NCBI GenBank assembly: GCA_964404895.1
Contig: CAYOLV010000003.1
Span: 252,561 to 316,560 of the forward strand
DNA: 64,000 bases
Direction of reading: 5' to 3'
From: an uncultured Peptostreptococcaceae bacterium
GTDB lineage: Bacteria > Bacillota > Clostridia > Peptostreptococcales > Acidaminobacteraceae
Shown here: positions 1 through 9,428 of the stretch, in pieces
Layout of the letters: each line of letters starts with the position of its first letter
Position numbering within the stretch: the first letter of the stretch is position 1
The notes under the pieces: generated by a model
Seen by the model: the letters and a program-made list of their open reading frames with translations, nothing else
The model's database searches: none
Told to the model about the DNA's origin: nothing
Made by a program: the position numbers and the translations under genes

Positions 1-1
1 A

Positions 2-1003
2 AATTTAGATCACATCGCGAAACAATTCTGCCCTCTTCAAAATAATAAAATTCTTGTCCACTGGTGGGGGCACCAAGAGGATTTTCCACTTCTTACAGGC
101 TTTGCAAATAGCCTAAAAACCTCTCAGAACGAAGTGACCACTATCCTCTATGACCAGGCTCAAATGATAAAAGCCTTCAATGAAACTGCTGGAAAACTAA
201 ACGAGGAGCTGCCAGAAGGTCATATTGCCAAAGAAACTTTTGAAGTTCAAAAAGAGCATATAAACATTATAGACGTTTGCTGCTTTTCACCCACTTCACT
301 TTTAGGCGAAATTATTGACGAGGGAAAGCCTGCCTTTATCCAATACATGAGAAGCCTTTTTCAAACGATTGCTAATCCTGATAAGCAGTATGTCCAGTTA
401 CGGTTGCCTTCTGAAGAAGCTGCCGAAGAAAGCGGAATGCCTTATCAAGCTTACGAATCCCTCTGGCATGATCTTGTAAGTATTGACTATTTTGAATTGA
501 AATCCGCCTGTTCCGAAAAAATTTCGCAATATAAAGGGAAAAATACATTTGAAATCCACACGGGTAAAGACTGCATACTTACCTTTTCAACAGAGGGTCG
601 TTCTTGGCATTCCGACCACGGTAACGGCGATTTTCCAGCGGGGGAAGTTTATATTGCCCCTTTAGAAGACTCTGTCAATGGTTCATTTTGCACCCCGCTG
701 ATTTTCTGGGAAGGTGCTATGCTCACGGATGTGATTTTGTCCTTTGAAAAGGGCTTACTCGTTGGCACTAGCCATCCAGAAATATTGGAGTCCCTTCAAG
801 GCGCACCAGGTGACGCCTTAAAATTTGCAGAATTCGGAATCGGTCTGAACCCAAAAGCAAAAAAACTTTCAGGTTATAACTTATTCGATGAAAAATCCTT
901 AGGTTCTTGTCATATTGCCATTGGTATGAATCATTTATTCGGTGGCACAAATGACAGCCCTGTACATATTGACTTTGTTGCGCCTGACCCGCTTATCGGT
1001 TAA
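2..1003 (+). CDS. aminopeptidase, M29 (AmpS/PepS-like) family; 5' end cut by window edge
   Basis: Track ORF 134..1003 begins at GTG, but the same frame is open back to nt 2 (NLDHIAKQFCPLQNNKILVHWWGH...), so the gene starts upstream of the window. The C-terminal GSCHIAIGMNHLFGGTNDSPVHIDFV resembles M29 aminopeptidases (family call from memory). Confidence 0.5.
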   Translation, partial: NLDHIAKQFCPLQNNKILVHWWGHQEDFPLLTGFANSLKTSQNEVTTILYDQAQMIKAFNETAGKLNEELPEGHIAKETFEVQKEHINIIDVCCFSPTSLLGEIIDEGKPAFIQYMRSLFQTIANPDKQYVQLRLPSEEAAEESGMPYQAYESLWHDLVSIDYFELKSACSEKISQYKGKNTFEIHTGKDCILTFSTEGRSWHSDHGNGDFPAGEVYIAPLEDSVNGSFCTPLIFWEGAMLTDVILSFEKGLLVGTSHPEILESLQGAPGDALKFAEFGIGLNPKAKKLSGYNLFDEKSLGSCHIAIGMNHLFGGTNDSPVHIDFVAPDPLIG

Positions 1004-1018
1004 GGGAGGAAGAAATAT

Positions 1019-1576
1019 ATGCCACATTTACTTTATATGGACGAACCAATAGAAACCCCACATCTCCAGATCAGAAATGCAGAGGTCAGCGATCTTTCCG
1101 CCCTTGAAACTTTGTGTACTAAATGGACTGATAAAGAATTAGTTGAAGGCCATTCTTTTAGCAAGGATTATATAGACGATACCTTTAATCACAAAGACCT
1201 TCCGCCCATTGAAAATGCCAGTAAAGAGGCTCACAAACTGAAAACAATAACTTTGAAGAATAGTGGAGAAATTGTAGGTTTCATAGAGCTGTACCACGGA
1301 TATCGCCACGACCAAATGCTCTGGTTTGGGATGTTTCTCATGGATCCGAGTCATCAAAAACAAGGATATGGCGGTGAAGTCATTCAAGGAATTACACGAG
1401 AAGCTGCAGAGAAAAACTATACCCACATGGGCATTGGGGTTTATTTAAAAAATTGGAAGTCTTTAAGGTTTTGGTATCAAAACGGGTTTAATAAAATTAT
1501 TGGAATTTACGGTGATAAAGAATACAGTCAGGAGACGTTTGCCTTAATGGGACTGGAAAAATGTATTGCTATTTAA
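1019..1576 (+). CDS. GNAT-family N-acetyltransferase
   Basis: 185-aa ORF with GGGAGGA RBS at 1004-1010. Acetyl-CoA-binding-type segment QKQGYGGEVIQGI and a C-terminal RFWYQNGF, both typical of the GNAT fold. Confidence 0.7.
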   Translation: MPHLLYMDEPIETPHLQIRNAEVSDLSALETLCTKWTDKELVEGHSFSKDYIDDTFNHKDLPPIENASKEAHKLKTITLKNSGEIVGFIELYHGYRHDQMLWFGMFLMDPSHQKQGYGGEVIQGITREAAEKNYTHMGIGVYLKNWKSLRFWYQNGFNKIIGIYGDKEYSQETFALMGLEKCIAI

Positions 1577-1650
1577 TACTCAGCGGCAGAGCTCCAAAAT
1601 ATCAATGAATAACTTACCGAAAGGCTAATCATTTAATAAATTAATCACTT

Positions 1651-1680
1651 AAAAAAAGCCCGATCAAACGATCGGGCTTT
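1651..1680 (-). terminator. rho-independent terminator after gdhA (weaker in the + direction for the GNAT gene)
   Basis: Perfect 11-bp stem AAAGCCCGATC / GATCGGGCTTT with loop AAAC (1655-1680). On the minus strand the stem runs into a U-tract (A-run 1651-1657 on +). Confidence 0.75.
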
Positions 1681-1742
1681 CCAATTGAGATTTCTCTCAG
1701 TTATAGTTTTTTAGCAATACCAGATTTTCAGAAAACTGAATC

Positions 1743-3095
1743 CTAGTAGTTACCTTGAGCGTGCATAGCTTCTGCAACTTTAACGAAACCAGCAATGTTA
1801 GCACCTTTAACAAGGTCATAACCGAATCCGTAAGTTTCAGCAGCTTCTTTAGAAGCTTTGTGGATGTTAGTCATGATTGCGTCAAGTTTAGCATCTACTT
1901 CTTCTGCAGTCCAAGACAATCTCATGCTGTTTTGTGACATTTCAAGAGCTGAAGTTGCAACGCCGCCAGCATTAGCTGCTTTAGCAGGACCAACGATTAC
2001 GCCATTAGCGTGGAAGAAGTCAACAGCTTCGTTTGTACAAGGCATGTTAGCTGCTTCTGTAACGAATTTAGTACCGTTAGCAACGATTTTCTTAGCATCT
2101 TCAATTCTGATTTCGTTTTGTGTAGCACATGGAATAACGATATCAGCTTTAACGCCCCAAGGTTTTTCACCAGCAAAGAAAGGAACGTTGTATTTTTTAG
2201 CGTAGTCTTCGATTCTGTCGTTACCAGAAGCTCTAAGCTCAAGAAGGTAATCGATTTTGTCGCCAGAAACGCCAGCTTCATCAAGGATGTAACCATCTGG
2301 GCCAGAAAGTGTAATTACTTTACCGCCAAGTTGAGTTACTTTGATTGCAGTACCCCAAGTAACGTTACCGAAACCAGAAAGAGCAACAGTTTTGCCTTCG
2401 AATGAAGTGCCGTTGTGCTTAAGGATTTCTCTTGTGAAGTAAGTTACGCCGAAGCCAGTAGCTTCAGGTCTTACCAATGAACCGCCGTAAGGAAGGCCTT
2501 TGCCTGTCAATACGCCGTTTTCAAATACGCCTTTGATTCTTCTATATTGTCCATACATGTAACCGATTTCTCTGCCGCCAACACCAATGTCGCCAGCTGG
2601 AACGTCTACATCTGGGCCGATATGTCTGTAAAGTTCTGTCATGAAGCTTTGGCAGAATCTCATAACTTCAGCATCTGTTTTACCAGTTGGGTCGAAGTCA
2701 GAACCACCTTTACCGCCACCGATTGGAAGGCCAGTTAAAGAGTTTTTGAAGATTTGCTCGAAGCCGAGGAATTTAATGATGCCGATGTAAACTGATTTGT
2801 GGAATCTGAGGCCACCTTTGTAAGGTCCGATAGCGCCGTTGAATTGAACTCTGAAACCTCTGTTAACTTGAAGTTTGCCAGCAGCATCAACCCAAGGAAC
2901 TCTGAAAGTGATTTGTCTTTCAGGCTCAGCGATTCTTTCAAGGATGTTAGCTTCTACCCATTCAGGGTGCTTTTCGAGTACTGGACCAAGTGAACCGAAA
3001 ACTTCTTCAACTGTTTGAAGGAATTCAGGCTCGTTTGCGTTTCTCTTTTGGACGTTTGCGTAAACCGATTCAATGTAAGCTTTTACGTTAGACAT
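1743..3095 (-). CDS. gdhA: NADP-specific glutamate dehydrogenase
   Basis: 450 aa with the GDH catalytic motif LPIGGGKGGSDFDP, dinucleotide fold LSGFGNVTWG, and full-length similarity to hexameric GDHs. Confidence 0.95.
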   Translation of the reverse strand: MSNVKAYIESVYANVQKRNANEPEFLQTVEEVFGSLGPVLEKHPEWVEANILERIAEPERQITFRVPWVDAAGKLQVNRGFRVQFNGAIGPYKGGLRFHKSVYIGIIKFLGFEQIFKNSLTGLPIGGGKGGSDFDPTGKTDAEVMRFCQSFMTELYRHIGPDVDVPAGDIGVGGREIGYMYGQYRRIKGVFENGVLTGKGLPYGGSLVRPEATGFGVTYFTREILKHNGTSFEGKTVALSGFGNVTWGTAIKVTQLGGKVITLSGPDGYILDEAGVSGDKIDYLLELRASGNDRIEDYAKKYNVPFFAGEKPWGVKADIVIPCATQNEIRIEDAKKIVANGTKFVTEAANMPCTNEAVDFFHANGVIVGPAKAANAGGVATSALEMSQNSMRLSWTAEEVDAKLDAIMTNIHKASKEAAETYGFGYDLVKGANIAGFVKVAEAMHAQGNY

Positions 3096-3236
3096 CTAAA
3101 CATCTCCCTTAAAAATATATTTATTTATATTTAATGATATAAATAACGAATTGAAATAATATTCAACAGATTGTTAAAATATTATTAATATTCCGAAATC
3201 ATTGTAGCACATAACTGACATCCAGTAAACCATATA

Positions 3237-4052
3237 TCAGTTAAGAAAACTTAAATTCTTCACGTGTACACTTACCGAAATTACATGTAACCGTGTCATA
3301 TTTTCCAGTGCTTCTTTGATTTCGTGTTGAACCTCTGTTGCCCCCTGAATAATGGTTTTATTGATCTTCAGAGACAAGTCAACTTCCAACTGAATCTGTT
3401 CTTCATTCTTCTGAAACTTGACCTTATAAACTTCCGCAACATGTTCATTTAACTCACAAGCATGCTCAATAATTTGTAAAATGACACGATTGGCAATTGT
3501 AAATTTCCCCAGGTAACTAAAGGTCGGACGGACGATTGTTTTTTCACTGACTTCAGTCAAATGTTCTCGTCTGCGGATTATTGTCTTCACAGAATCTAAG
3601 AAATAACCGCTAAAATCTCGTTTGATTTCTACCGTAGGAAGTGGAATGACATGCTTGCCGTGTTTCATTCGACTTTCTCTCGCCATGCGAATTTCCTCTG
3701 GCGCTGAGATTTCATTAATGTATATGTATTCATTTATTGTGCCAATCTCAAGTCGATCTACAATATTCTGAACCATTCTATCTGATGTGCCTACAACAAG
3801 AAGCTGATCTACCTGTAAGTCTTTTAATGCCCTTTTTACTTCATCACAATGGTCATCGAATTGAAAAATTGCTCTACGAACTGCTGCAAGTTTTGTTGCT
3901 TCACGTTTTGCAGACTTTCCTGCAATTCGTTTTGTCTCACAAATGAGCAATCCGTCATCAATAATATATCTTATTCCCATTGAAAATGCTAGGTTCATAG
4001 CCTTGTGGCTCTTGCCGGTACCGCTGTCTCCAACTAATGCAACAATTTTCAT
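3237..4052 (-). CDS. P-loop NTPase fused to a C-terminal Asp23/Gls24-like domain
   Basis: Walker A VALVGDSGTGKSHKA at the N-terminus. The last ~100 aa (FTIANRVILQII...ATEVQHEIKEALENMTRLHVISVSVHVKNL) follow the Asp23 pattern. I prefer ATG 4052 (GTGAGG upstream) over the track start at 4073. Confidence 0.5.
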   Translation of the reverse strand: MKIVALVGDSGTGKSHKAMNLAFSMGIRYIIDDGLLICETKRIAGKSAKREATKLAAVRRAIFQFDDHCDEVKRALKDLQVDQLLVVGTSDRMVQNIVDRLEIGTINEYIYINEISAPEEIRMARESRMKHGKHVIPLPTVEIKRDFSGYFLDSVKTIIRRREHLTEVSEKTIVRPTFSYLGKFTIANRVILQIIEHACELNEHVAEVYKVKFQKNEEQIQLEVDLSLKINKTIIQGATEVQHEIKEALENMTRLHVISVSVHVKNLSFLN

Positions 4053-4255
4053 CAAGCTATACCTCACTTCCATTGTAAGTTCATTATAACAAAAAATCCA
4101 ATGAATTTAATTTAAAAACTAAGGAATTTGCATTTTTTTTTAAAATAATGAAAATTAACTTGCAAAATTACTTAATAAATCACGGCACAAAACCTAAAGT
4201 ATAATGATTATCAGTATTTTTCAGTTTCTTTTTGCCTTTTTTTTCATCCCATTGA

Positions 4256-4284
4256 TTGTAGAGACCATAACCTTTGGGTATAAT
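4256..4284 (+). promoter_or_regulatory. candidate sigmaA promoter for the ferredoxin gene
   Basis: TTGTAG (4256-4261), 17-nt spacer, TATAAT (4279-4284), about 55 nt upstream of ATG 4340. Confidence 0.35.
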
Positions 4285-4339
4285 CTGCGTAGTGGTAAAC
4301 CACAACATTACTTAAACTATTTGAGGAGGAAATTGAATT

Positions 4340-4510
4340 ATGGCATACGTAATTAAAGATTCTTGTATCTCTTGTGGCGCTTGTGAAGCTGAGTGTCCAG
4401 TAAACGCTATCACTGCAGGTGCTGGTATCTACCTTATCGACGCTGCTGCTTGTATCGACTGTGGCGCTTGCGCTAATGTTTGTCCAGTAGACGCTCCACA
4501 ACCAGAATAG
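4340..4510 (+). CDS. fdx: clostridial-type 2x[4Fe-4S] ferredoxin (56 aa; below the ORF-track size cutoff)
   Basis: Hand translation: MAYVIKDSCISCGACEAECPVNAITAGAGIYLIDAAACIDCGACANVCPVDAPQPE, stop TAG 4508-4510. Two CxxCxxCxxxCP motifs and a GAGGAGG RBS at 4323-4329. Confidence 0.9.
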   Translation: MAYVIKDSCISCGACEAECPVNAITAGAGIYLIDAAACIDCGACANVCPVDAPQPE

Positions 4511-4524
4511 TAAACAAAAGCAAA

Positions 4525-4551
4525 AGACAGGTCGCTGACCTGTCTTTTTTT
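4525..4551 (+). terminator. rho-independent terminator after fdx (also usable from the minus strand)
   Basis: AGACAGGTC / GACCTGTCT stem followed by TTTTTTT. An A-rich run on the other side gives a U-rich tract for marR transcripts. Confidence 0.8.
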
Positions 4552-4612
4552 ATTTACCCCATTTGCGAAGCAAATATGGGAGAAAGCGAAGGGCTCGATG
4601 CCCTGAGCTCCT

Positions 4613-5059
4613 TCATTCTTCATATTTATCTACAGTCAATTGATTGATTCGACTTAGAAATTTTAAAATAGCCTTTTGCTCATTAATCGACATATCGTGC
4701 ATTACAAATTGCATTGATTCCTCTTCTATTTTTCTGAAGCGCTCTAATTGCAACCGGCCTTGATCTGTAAGTCCAATGTAGGCTTTGCGTTTGTCAACCT
4801 CATCTTTTTCTTTATAAATCAAATTTCGAGCCATTAGGTGCTTCATCAACGTATCGAGAATGCCACGATCCAATTCTAGTATTCGCAATAAATCTTGTGT
4901 TCCAATCCGATCAAATCGGCCTACCTCATTGAGTAATACCAATTCTGAAAAACTGTTGAAATGAGAAAACTCATCGACTTGTACGCCAGCTTTATCCTTT
5001 TCAATAAACTTTTTGATTAGAATTTCCACCATTTTGAGTATGGATTGATTGTAATTCAC
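4613..5059 (-). CDS. MarR-family transcriptional regulator
   Basis: 148 aa with a winged-helix segment (LLRILELDRGILDTLMKHLMARNLIYKEKDEVDKRKAYIGLTDQG) typical of MarR. Lies directly downstream of the thiolase gene. Confidence 0.8.
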   Translation of the reverse strand: MNYNQSILKMVEILIKKFIEKDKAGVQVDEFSHFNSFSELVLLNEVGRFDRIGTQDLLRILELDRGILDTLMKHLMARNLIYKEKDEVDKRKAYIGLTDQGRLQLERFRKIEEESMQFVMHDMSINEQKAILKFLSRINQLTVDKYEE

Positions 5060-5104
5060 TTATGCGTCACTCCTTGATGCCGACTAACCTGTTTCCAAGG
5101 GTTG

Positions 5105-6286
5105 TTAAGGTCTCTTTACAACCACTGCTTCACCCATACCGCCACCGATACAAAGTGTTGCTAAACCAGACTTAGCTTCTTGGCGTTTCATTTCATGCAA
5201 CAAACTGACAAGAATTCTTGCCCCACTGGCTCCGATAGGATGACCAAGGGCAATCGCGCCGCCGTTGACATTCACTTTTGAAGGATCAAGACCTAACTCA
5301 CCAACAACTGCAATTGCTTGTGCAGCAAAAGCTTCATTTGCCTCAATGACATCTAATTGCTCAACGCTCAAAGATGCATTTTTTAGGGCTTTTTTAACTG
5401 CTGGAACTGGGCCAATACCCATAATTGCTGGATCTACGCCTGCAGAAGCAAATCCTGCAATTGTAGCAAGTGGGACAATCCCAAGTTCGTCTGCTTTTTC
5501 TTTGCTCATAATCACAAGCGCTGCTGCTCCGTCATTAATTCCAGAAGCATTTGCTGCTGTTACAGTACCGTCTTTTTTAAATGCCGGTCTAAGCTTAGAA
5601 ATGCTTTCGAACGTTGTATCTGGTTTGATGTATTCATCTTCAAGGAAGAGAATTGGGTCGCCTTTACGCTGTGGAATCGGCACGCCTACAATTTCCTCAA
5701 CGAATTTCCCATTGGCTCTTGCTGCTGCTGCCTTTTTTTGGCTGCCTGCTGCAAACTGATCTTGAGCTTCTCTGGAAACGTTCCATTTTTCTGCAACGTT
5801 CTCTGCTGTGATGCCCATGTGATAGTCATTGAAGACATCCCATAAACCATCGTTTACCATTGGATCGTATAATTCGCCGTTACCCATGCGTTGACCCCAT
5901 CTTGCGCCTTTAAGCAAGTAAGGTGCCATACTCATGTTTTCAGTTCCGCCAGCAATAACGATATCGTTGTAGCCTGCCATAATAGACATTGCTGCCATTG
6001 AAACTGTTTTTAAACCTGAACCACAAATCATGTTGATTGTAGCTGCTGGAACTTCATTTGGAAGACCTGCCTTAAGTGCCGCTTGTCTAGCAACGCCTTG
6101 GCCGTATCCTGCTTGTAAAACACAACCAAAAATGACTTCGTCAACTTGTTCTGGTTTTACATGTGCTCTTTCAAGCGCTTCCTTAATGACAATGCTTCCC
6201 AAAGTCATTGGTGTCACATCTTTCAGAGCTCCCCCAAAAGAGCCTATCGGTGTGCGGACAGCACTTGCAATAACTACTTCCCTCAT
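5105..6286 (-). CDS. thlA: acetyl-CoA acetyltransferase (thiolase)
   Basis: Active-site region NMICGSGLK and C-terminal [21 protein letters not shown] and CIGGGMGEA. Start set to ATG 6286 ([13 protein letters not shown]) with GGAGG at 6295-6299; the track start at 6331 lacks an RBS. Confidence 0.93.
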   Translation of the reverse strand: MREVVIASAVRTPIGSFGGALKDVTPMTLGSIVIKEALERAHVKPEQVDEVIFGCVLQAGYGQGVARQAALKAGLPNEVPAATINMICGSGLKTVSMAAMSIMAGYNDIVIAGGTENMSMAPYLLKGARWGQRMGNGELYDPMVNDGLWDVFNDYHMGITAENVAEKWNVSREAQDQFAAGSQKKAAAARANGKFVEEIVGVPIPQRKGDPILFLEDEYIKPDTTFESISKLRPAFKKDGTVTAANASGINDGAAALVIMSKEKADELGIVPLATIAGFASAGVDPAIMGIGPVPAVKKALKNASLSVEQLDVIEANEAFAAQAIAVVGELGLDPSKVNVNGGAIALGHPIGASGARILVSLLHEMKRQEAKSGLATLCIGGGMGEAVVVKRP

Positions 6287-6421
6287 AATTGTTTCCTCCA
6301 TGTAATATAGTATAACCCCACCATATTTCATCTACCGTTTTCCATTATACAATAAGAGGGACAGCTTTTGTCCTGTTAAAAAAATAATTAACTAAATTTC
6401 AGCCTATATTGACATTTTAAA

Positions 6422-7396
6422 TCATTCTTCTTGGTTTTTGTTGAAGTCTTCTAACTCATCTTTGATTTTGGTTTTCAATTGATCAATCACCTGTTCAGTC
6501 TTCAATTTTTCATTGGCTTCATATGGCACGGTAACGCCAATGACATGCCAGTGATATTTTTGGTAATAATCACGCTCTTCAGCTTCTTGATTCAGATACA
6601 CATCCATCTTCTCCTTAAACCGCTCAAACCCTGGCTCATGACAAAACGGTAAAATACCAAAGAAGCTATAAGGTCCATAGTGAACGAACTCATCCGACTC
6701 CCAAAGCTGTGCGCGTATGTCTGCAAAATGTCGCTCGGAAAAGGGAAGGGTCTCTTGGTTTTGCTGATCAAAGACCAATGCAAAAATCGTAAGGGGATAC
6801 TTGCCCTTTCTGGCTTTATATTTTTCTGCTTTGAGCAACTCGTCAAAGCCAGGATCCTCAGCTGGAATTAACGCGTCCACACTGTGGCTTTCAGCTGATT
6901 TTTGCTCATGACTGCCAGAATGAAAATCGATAGGCTGTCTTTCTGGCTTAGAACCTGGTTTTACATCCATCAACTCATTAAGTTTATCTTCAGCTGATTT
7001 TTGAGGCAGTACAGGTTTACGGGCAGATCGATCTGTATCCAATATGCTAATAATTCGCGACCTAAAGAAGCCATCATCAAAAGGCTTTAGAATGTAGTCT
7101 ACTGCTCCAGCCTGTACACCTCTAATAAAATCGGCGCGCTTATTCGATGCGGTTAGTATGACAATTTGTAGATTAGGTTCATTCTCTTTTATCCTTCTGA
7201 CCATTTCAAAACCGTCCGAACTGTCTGAAGCTACATCCATAATCAACAAATCAATCTCATTTTTATATTTTTGCAAGGCATTATTCATTTCAAGTTCATT
7301 TTCAACTTCTATAATTTTGACGAAGGAAGACGCCAGTGCTTCTTTGATTCGCATACGCACCAACATTGCACGGTCAAATAATAAAATTTGTTTCAT
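6422..7396 (-). CDS. response regulator: REC domain plus an uncharacterised C-terminal domain (possibly a degenerate GGDEF-like fold)
   Basis: N-terminal receiver (DLLIMDV...ILTA...DYILKPF). C-terminal ~130 aa have IFALVFD...SDEFVHYGPYSFFGILP...VIGVTV where a GGDEF domain would have its signature; no GGDEF/GGEEF motif is present. Confidence 0.6.
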   Translation of the reverse strand: MKQILLFDRAMLVRMRIKEALASSFVKIIEVENELEMNNALQKYKNEIDLLIMDVASDSSDGFEMVRRIKENEPNLQIVILTASNKRADFIRGVQAGAVDYILKPFDDGFFRSRIISILDTDRSARKPVLPQKSAEDKLNELMDVKPGSKPERQPIDFHSGSHEQKSAESHSVDALIPAEDPGFDELLKAEKYKARKGKYPLTIFALVFDQQNQETLPFSERHFADIRAQLWESDEFVHYGPYSFFGILPFCHEPGFERFKEKMDVYLNQEAEERDYYQKYHWHVIGVTVPYEANEKLKTEQVIDQLKTKIKDELEDFNKNQEE

Positions 7397-7612
7397 AATA
7401 TCCCCACCCTTTGGTTACGATCATAAAAGTACTGACTTTATAACTATATCTACCCCTGATTTAATCAATAATTCATTACCTATCACTTTTCTTATTTTGA
7501 TATTTTACTCTTAAAAAGGATATCTATATCTAATAACAAGCTTTTCGTCTATTTATTCATCGCGCATACCTGTATTTCTCAGAATCAAGTCCCTTCAACA
7601 GGAGGCTCAAAT

Positions 7613-9337
7613 ATGAAAAAATTCTTGTTTGCTCTCATGGCTGTTATTCTCATATCACTCAATCTTAAGGTTCAATATACAGAAGATGACCCACGTATTA
7701 TTTTTACGCCCGAGGAAAGAGAATGGCTGATTACTCACCCCATTATTACAGTAAGTCCTGACCCCAATTACGCCCCAGTTGAATTTTATGAGGATGGTAC
7801 TTTTAAAGGTCTTTCTATAGATTACTTAAATTGGATCAGTTCAACTTATCATATTGAGTTTGAATATATTTATTATGAGTCTTGGTCACAGATAATGGAT
7901 GCCTTAAAAAAGGGAGATGTACTGCTTCAAACAGGCATTATTAAAACCAGCGACAGAGATAAATACCTTAGTTTTACAGATCCTTATAGCGATATGCCCT
8001 CTGTTCTCATGATCCGAAAGGATTTTAAGGAACCTTTAAACAATCACACACTTTTTGATTATAAGGTTGGTCTTATCAATGACTTTGCTGTTGAGGAGTA
8101 TATCCGAAATAAATATAATCCTGAAAATCTATATGAATTAGAAAATGTAAAAATTGCACTTGAATCCCTTTCGACAGGAAAATTAGATGTGCTGGTTCTA
8201 GACATTGGGCAAGCGACTTATTATGTCAATCAAATGGGTCTAACCAACATTATGATTACCAATGATGTTCAACTGGACTTTGCGATTCAACTCAGTTTTG
8301 CTGCCAAAAAAGATCAAACTATATTGATTAGCATCATGGATAAAGCGCTAAAATCCATGCCCGCCGATGTTCAGCAATCCTATGCGAACAAGTGGCTTGG
8401 CATTGGAGAATTTGTTGCCTTTGACTCAAAGCTACTGAATACATTTTTAATCGTTCTCAGCATCATAACCACGCTCTTTATAGTCGTTTCAATTTGGTTG
8501 TTCACGCTCAGAAGGAAAGACAATCAACTTGCCGTGGTCAACGCTAAACTCCAAGAACAGATTTTCGCTTTACACGAAGCACAACACCAACTGGTAGAAT
8601 TGGAAAAGATAAATGCCCTCAGTCGGCTGGCAATTGGATTGTCACATGAGATTAACACCCCTATTGGCAATGGCATCACAATTGTTTCTTATATTCAAAA
8701 TTTAACACACGAACTTCGATTAGCCTTAGGCGATCAACAAAAAAACCTTTTAGAACTCGCTTCGCAAATTGATGAATCTAGCGCAATTGCGTTAAGATCT
8801 TTACAAAAAACAGCTAAAATTATTCAAGATTTTCATGCGGTTGCAAACTACCAATTGGATACTGATGAAAAGGAAATCGACTTGTCAAAAGAACTTGAAC
8901 AGATTTCGCTTATTTTAGCAAGTCATGAAACCATGCGCAGTGAATTGAACTTGCATTTACAGGAAGGTATTCGAACCGTTATGTCCTATAATATACTGTT
9001 GCAGCTATTGAGTTCACTTATGGAAAATAGCTTTTTACACGGCTATAATAAACAAATCGGACGTGTCGATATTGAACTTAATAAAGTAGATGACTGGATT
9101 ATCCTCGTTTATAGAGATTATGGAACTGGAGTTTCAGAACAAGAGCTTCCTAAATTGTTTGAACCCTTTTATTCAACCCGACGTGGGACAGAAGAGCGCC
9201 TTGGTTTAGGACTTTATACTGTTTATAATATTGTGACTCATGTTTTAGAAGGGAAAATTTCAGTCACTTCAGTTCCTCTCGAAGGTACTGTCTTCTCTAT
9301 AAAGTTTCCAGCCAAACGAAGTCATTCCAGCTTATAA
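7613..9337 (+). CDS. sensor histidine kinase with an extracytoplasmic solute-binding (SBP type 3-like) domain
   Basis: Signal/TM segment, ~230-aa periplasmic-binding-protein-like region, second TM (LIVLSIITTLFIVVSIWLF), coiled coil, H-box GLSHEINTPIGNG, and an ATPase domain (DYGTGVS...GLGLY). Confidence 0.8.
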   Translation: MKKFLFALMAVILISLNLKVQYTEDDPRIIFTPEEREWLITHPIITVSPDPNYAPVEFYEDGTFKGLSIDYLNWISSTYHIEFEYIYYESWSQIMDALKKGDVLLQTGIIKTSDRDKYLSFTDPYSDMPSVLMIRKDFKEPLNNHTLFDYKVGLINDFAVEEYIRNKYNPENLYELENVKIALESLSTGKLDVLVLDIGQATYYVNQMGLTNIMITNDVQLDFAIQLSFAAKKDQTILISIMDKALKSMPADVQQSYANKWLGIGEFVAFDSKLLNTFLIVLSIITTLFIVVSIWLFTLRRKDNQLAVVNAKLQEQIFALHEAQHQLVELEKINALSRLAIGLSHEINTPIGNGITIVSYIQNLTHELRLALGDQQKNLLELASQIDESSAIALRSLQKTAKIIQDFHAVANYQLDTDEKEIDLSKELEQISLILASHETMRSELNLHLQEGIRTVMSYNILLQLLSSLMENSFLHGYNKQIGRVDIELNKVDDWIILVYRDYGTGVSEQELPKLFEPFYSTRRGTEERLGLGLYTVYNIVTHVLEGKISVTSVPLEGTVFSIKFPAKRSHSSL

Positions 9338-9380
9338 ATCCATACTCACGAAGCCAGAACTATAAAGCCCATCCCATAAA

Positions 9381-9406
9381 AAAAAGACCTTCACGGTCTT
9401 TTTTTA
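9381..9406. terminator. bidirectional rho-independent terminator between the kinase gene (+) and rex (-)
   Basis: AAAAAGACC-ttcac-GGTCTTTTTTT: a short GC stem flanked by an A-run and a T-run. Confidence 0.7.
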
Positions 9407-9428
9407 CATACTTTATTGTGCGACTTTA

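Noticed and set aside
1723-1737. CodY-like motif GATTTTCAGAAAACT (2 mismatches to AATTTTCWGAAAATT)
   Set aside because: It lies between the gdhA stop and its terminator rather than in a promoter region. A single AT-rich 15-mer cannot be supported without a PWM scan.
1755-2993. Multiple 60-131-aa ORFs on both strands inside gdhA (e.g. 1858..2205, 2010..2405, 1997..2296, 2735..2941)
   Set aside because: They lie wholly inside a high-confidence 450-aa GDH gene, have low-complexity translations and no RBS. They are typical shadow ORFs. The same applies to the many short antisense ORFs inside thiolase, tex, aroA, secA, fliD, flgK and others.
3171-3188. Rex-like sequence TTGTTAAaataTTATTAA upstream of gdhA, and CTGTTAA...TTAAC near 6378-6400 upstream of thiolase
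   Set aside because: The gdhA site has two mismatches in one half-site within very AT-rich DNA. The thiolase-proximal sequence has the wrong half-site spacing.
4244-4623. Track ORFs 4244..4501(-) and 4429..4623(-)
   Set aside because: They are antisense to the clear 56-aa ferredoxin gene and run across its terminator. Translations are Ser/Thr/Cys-rich mirror images of the Cys-rich ferredoxin frame.
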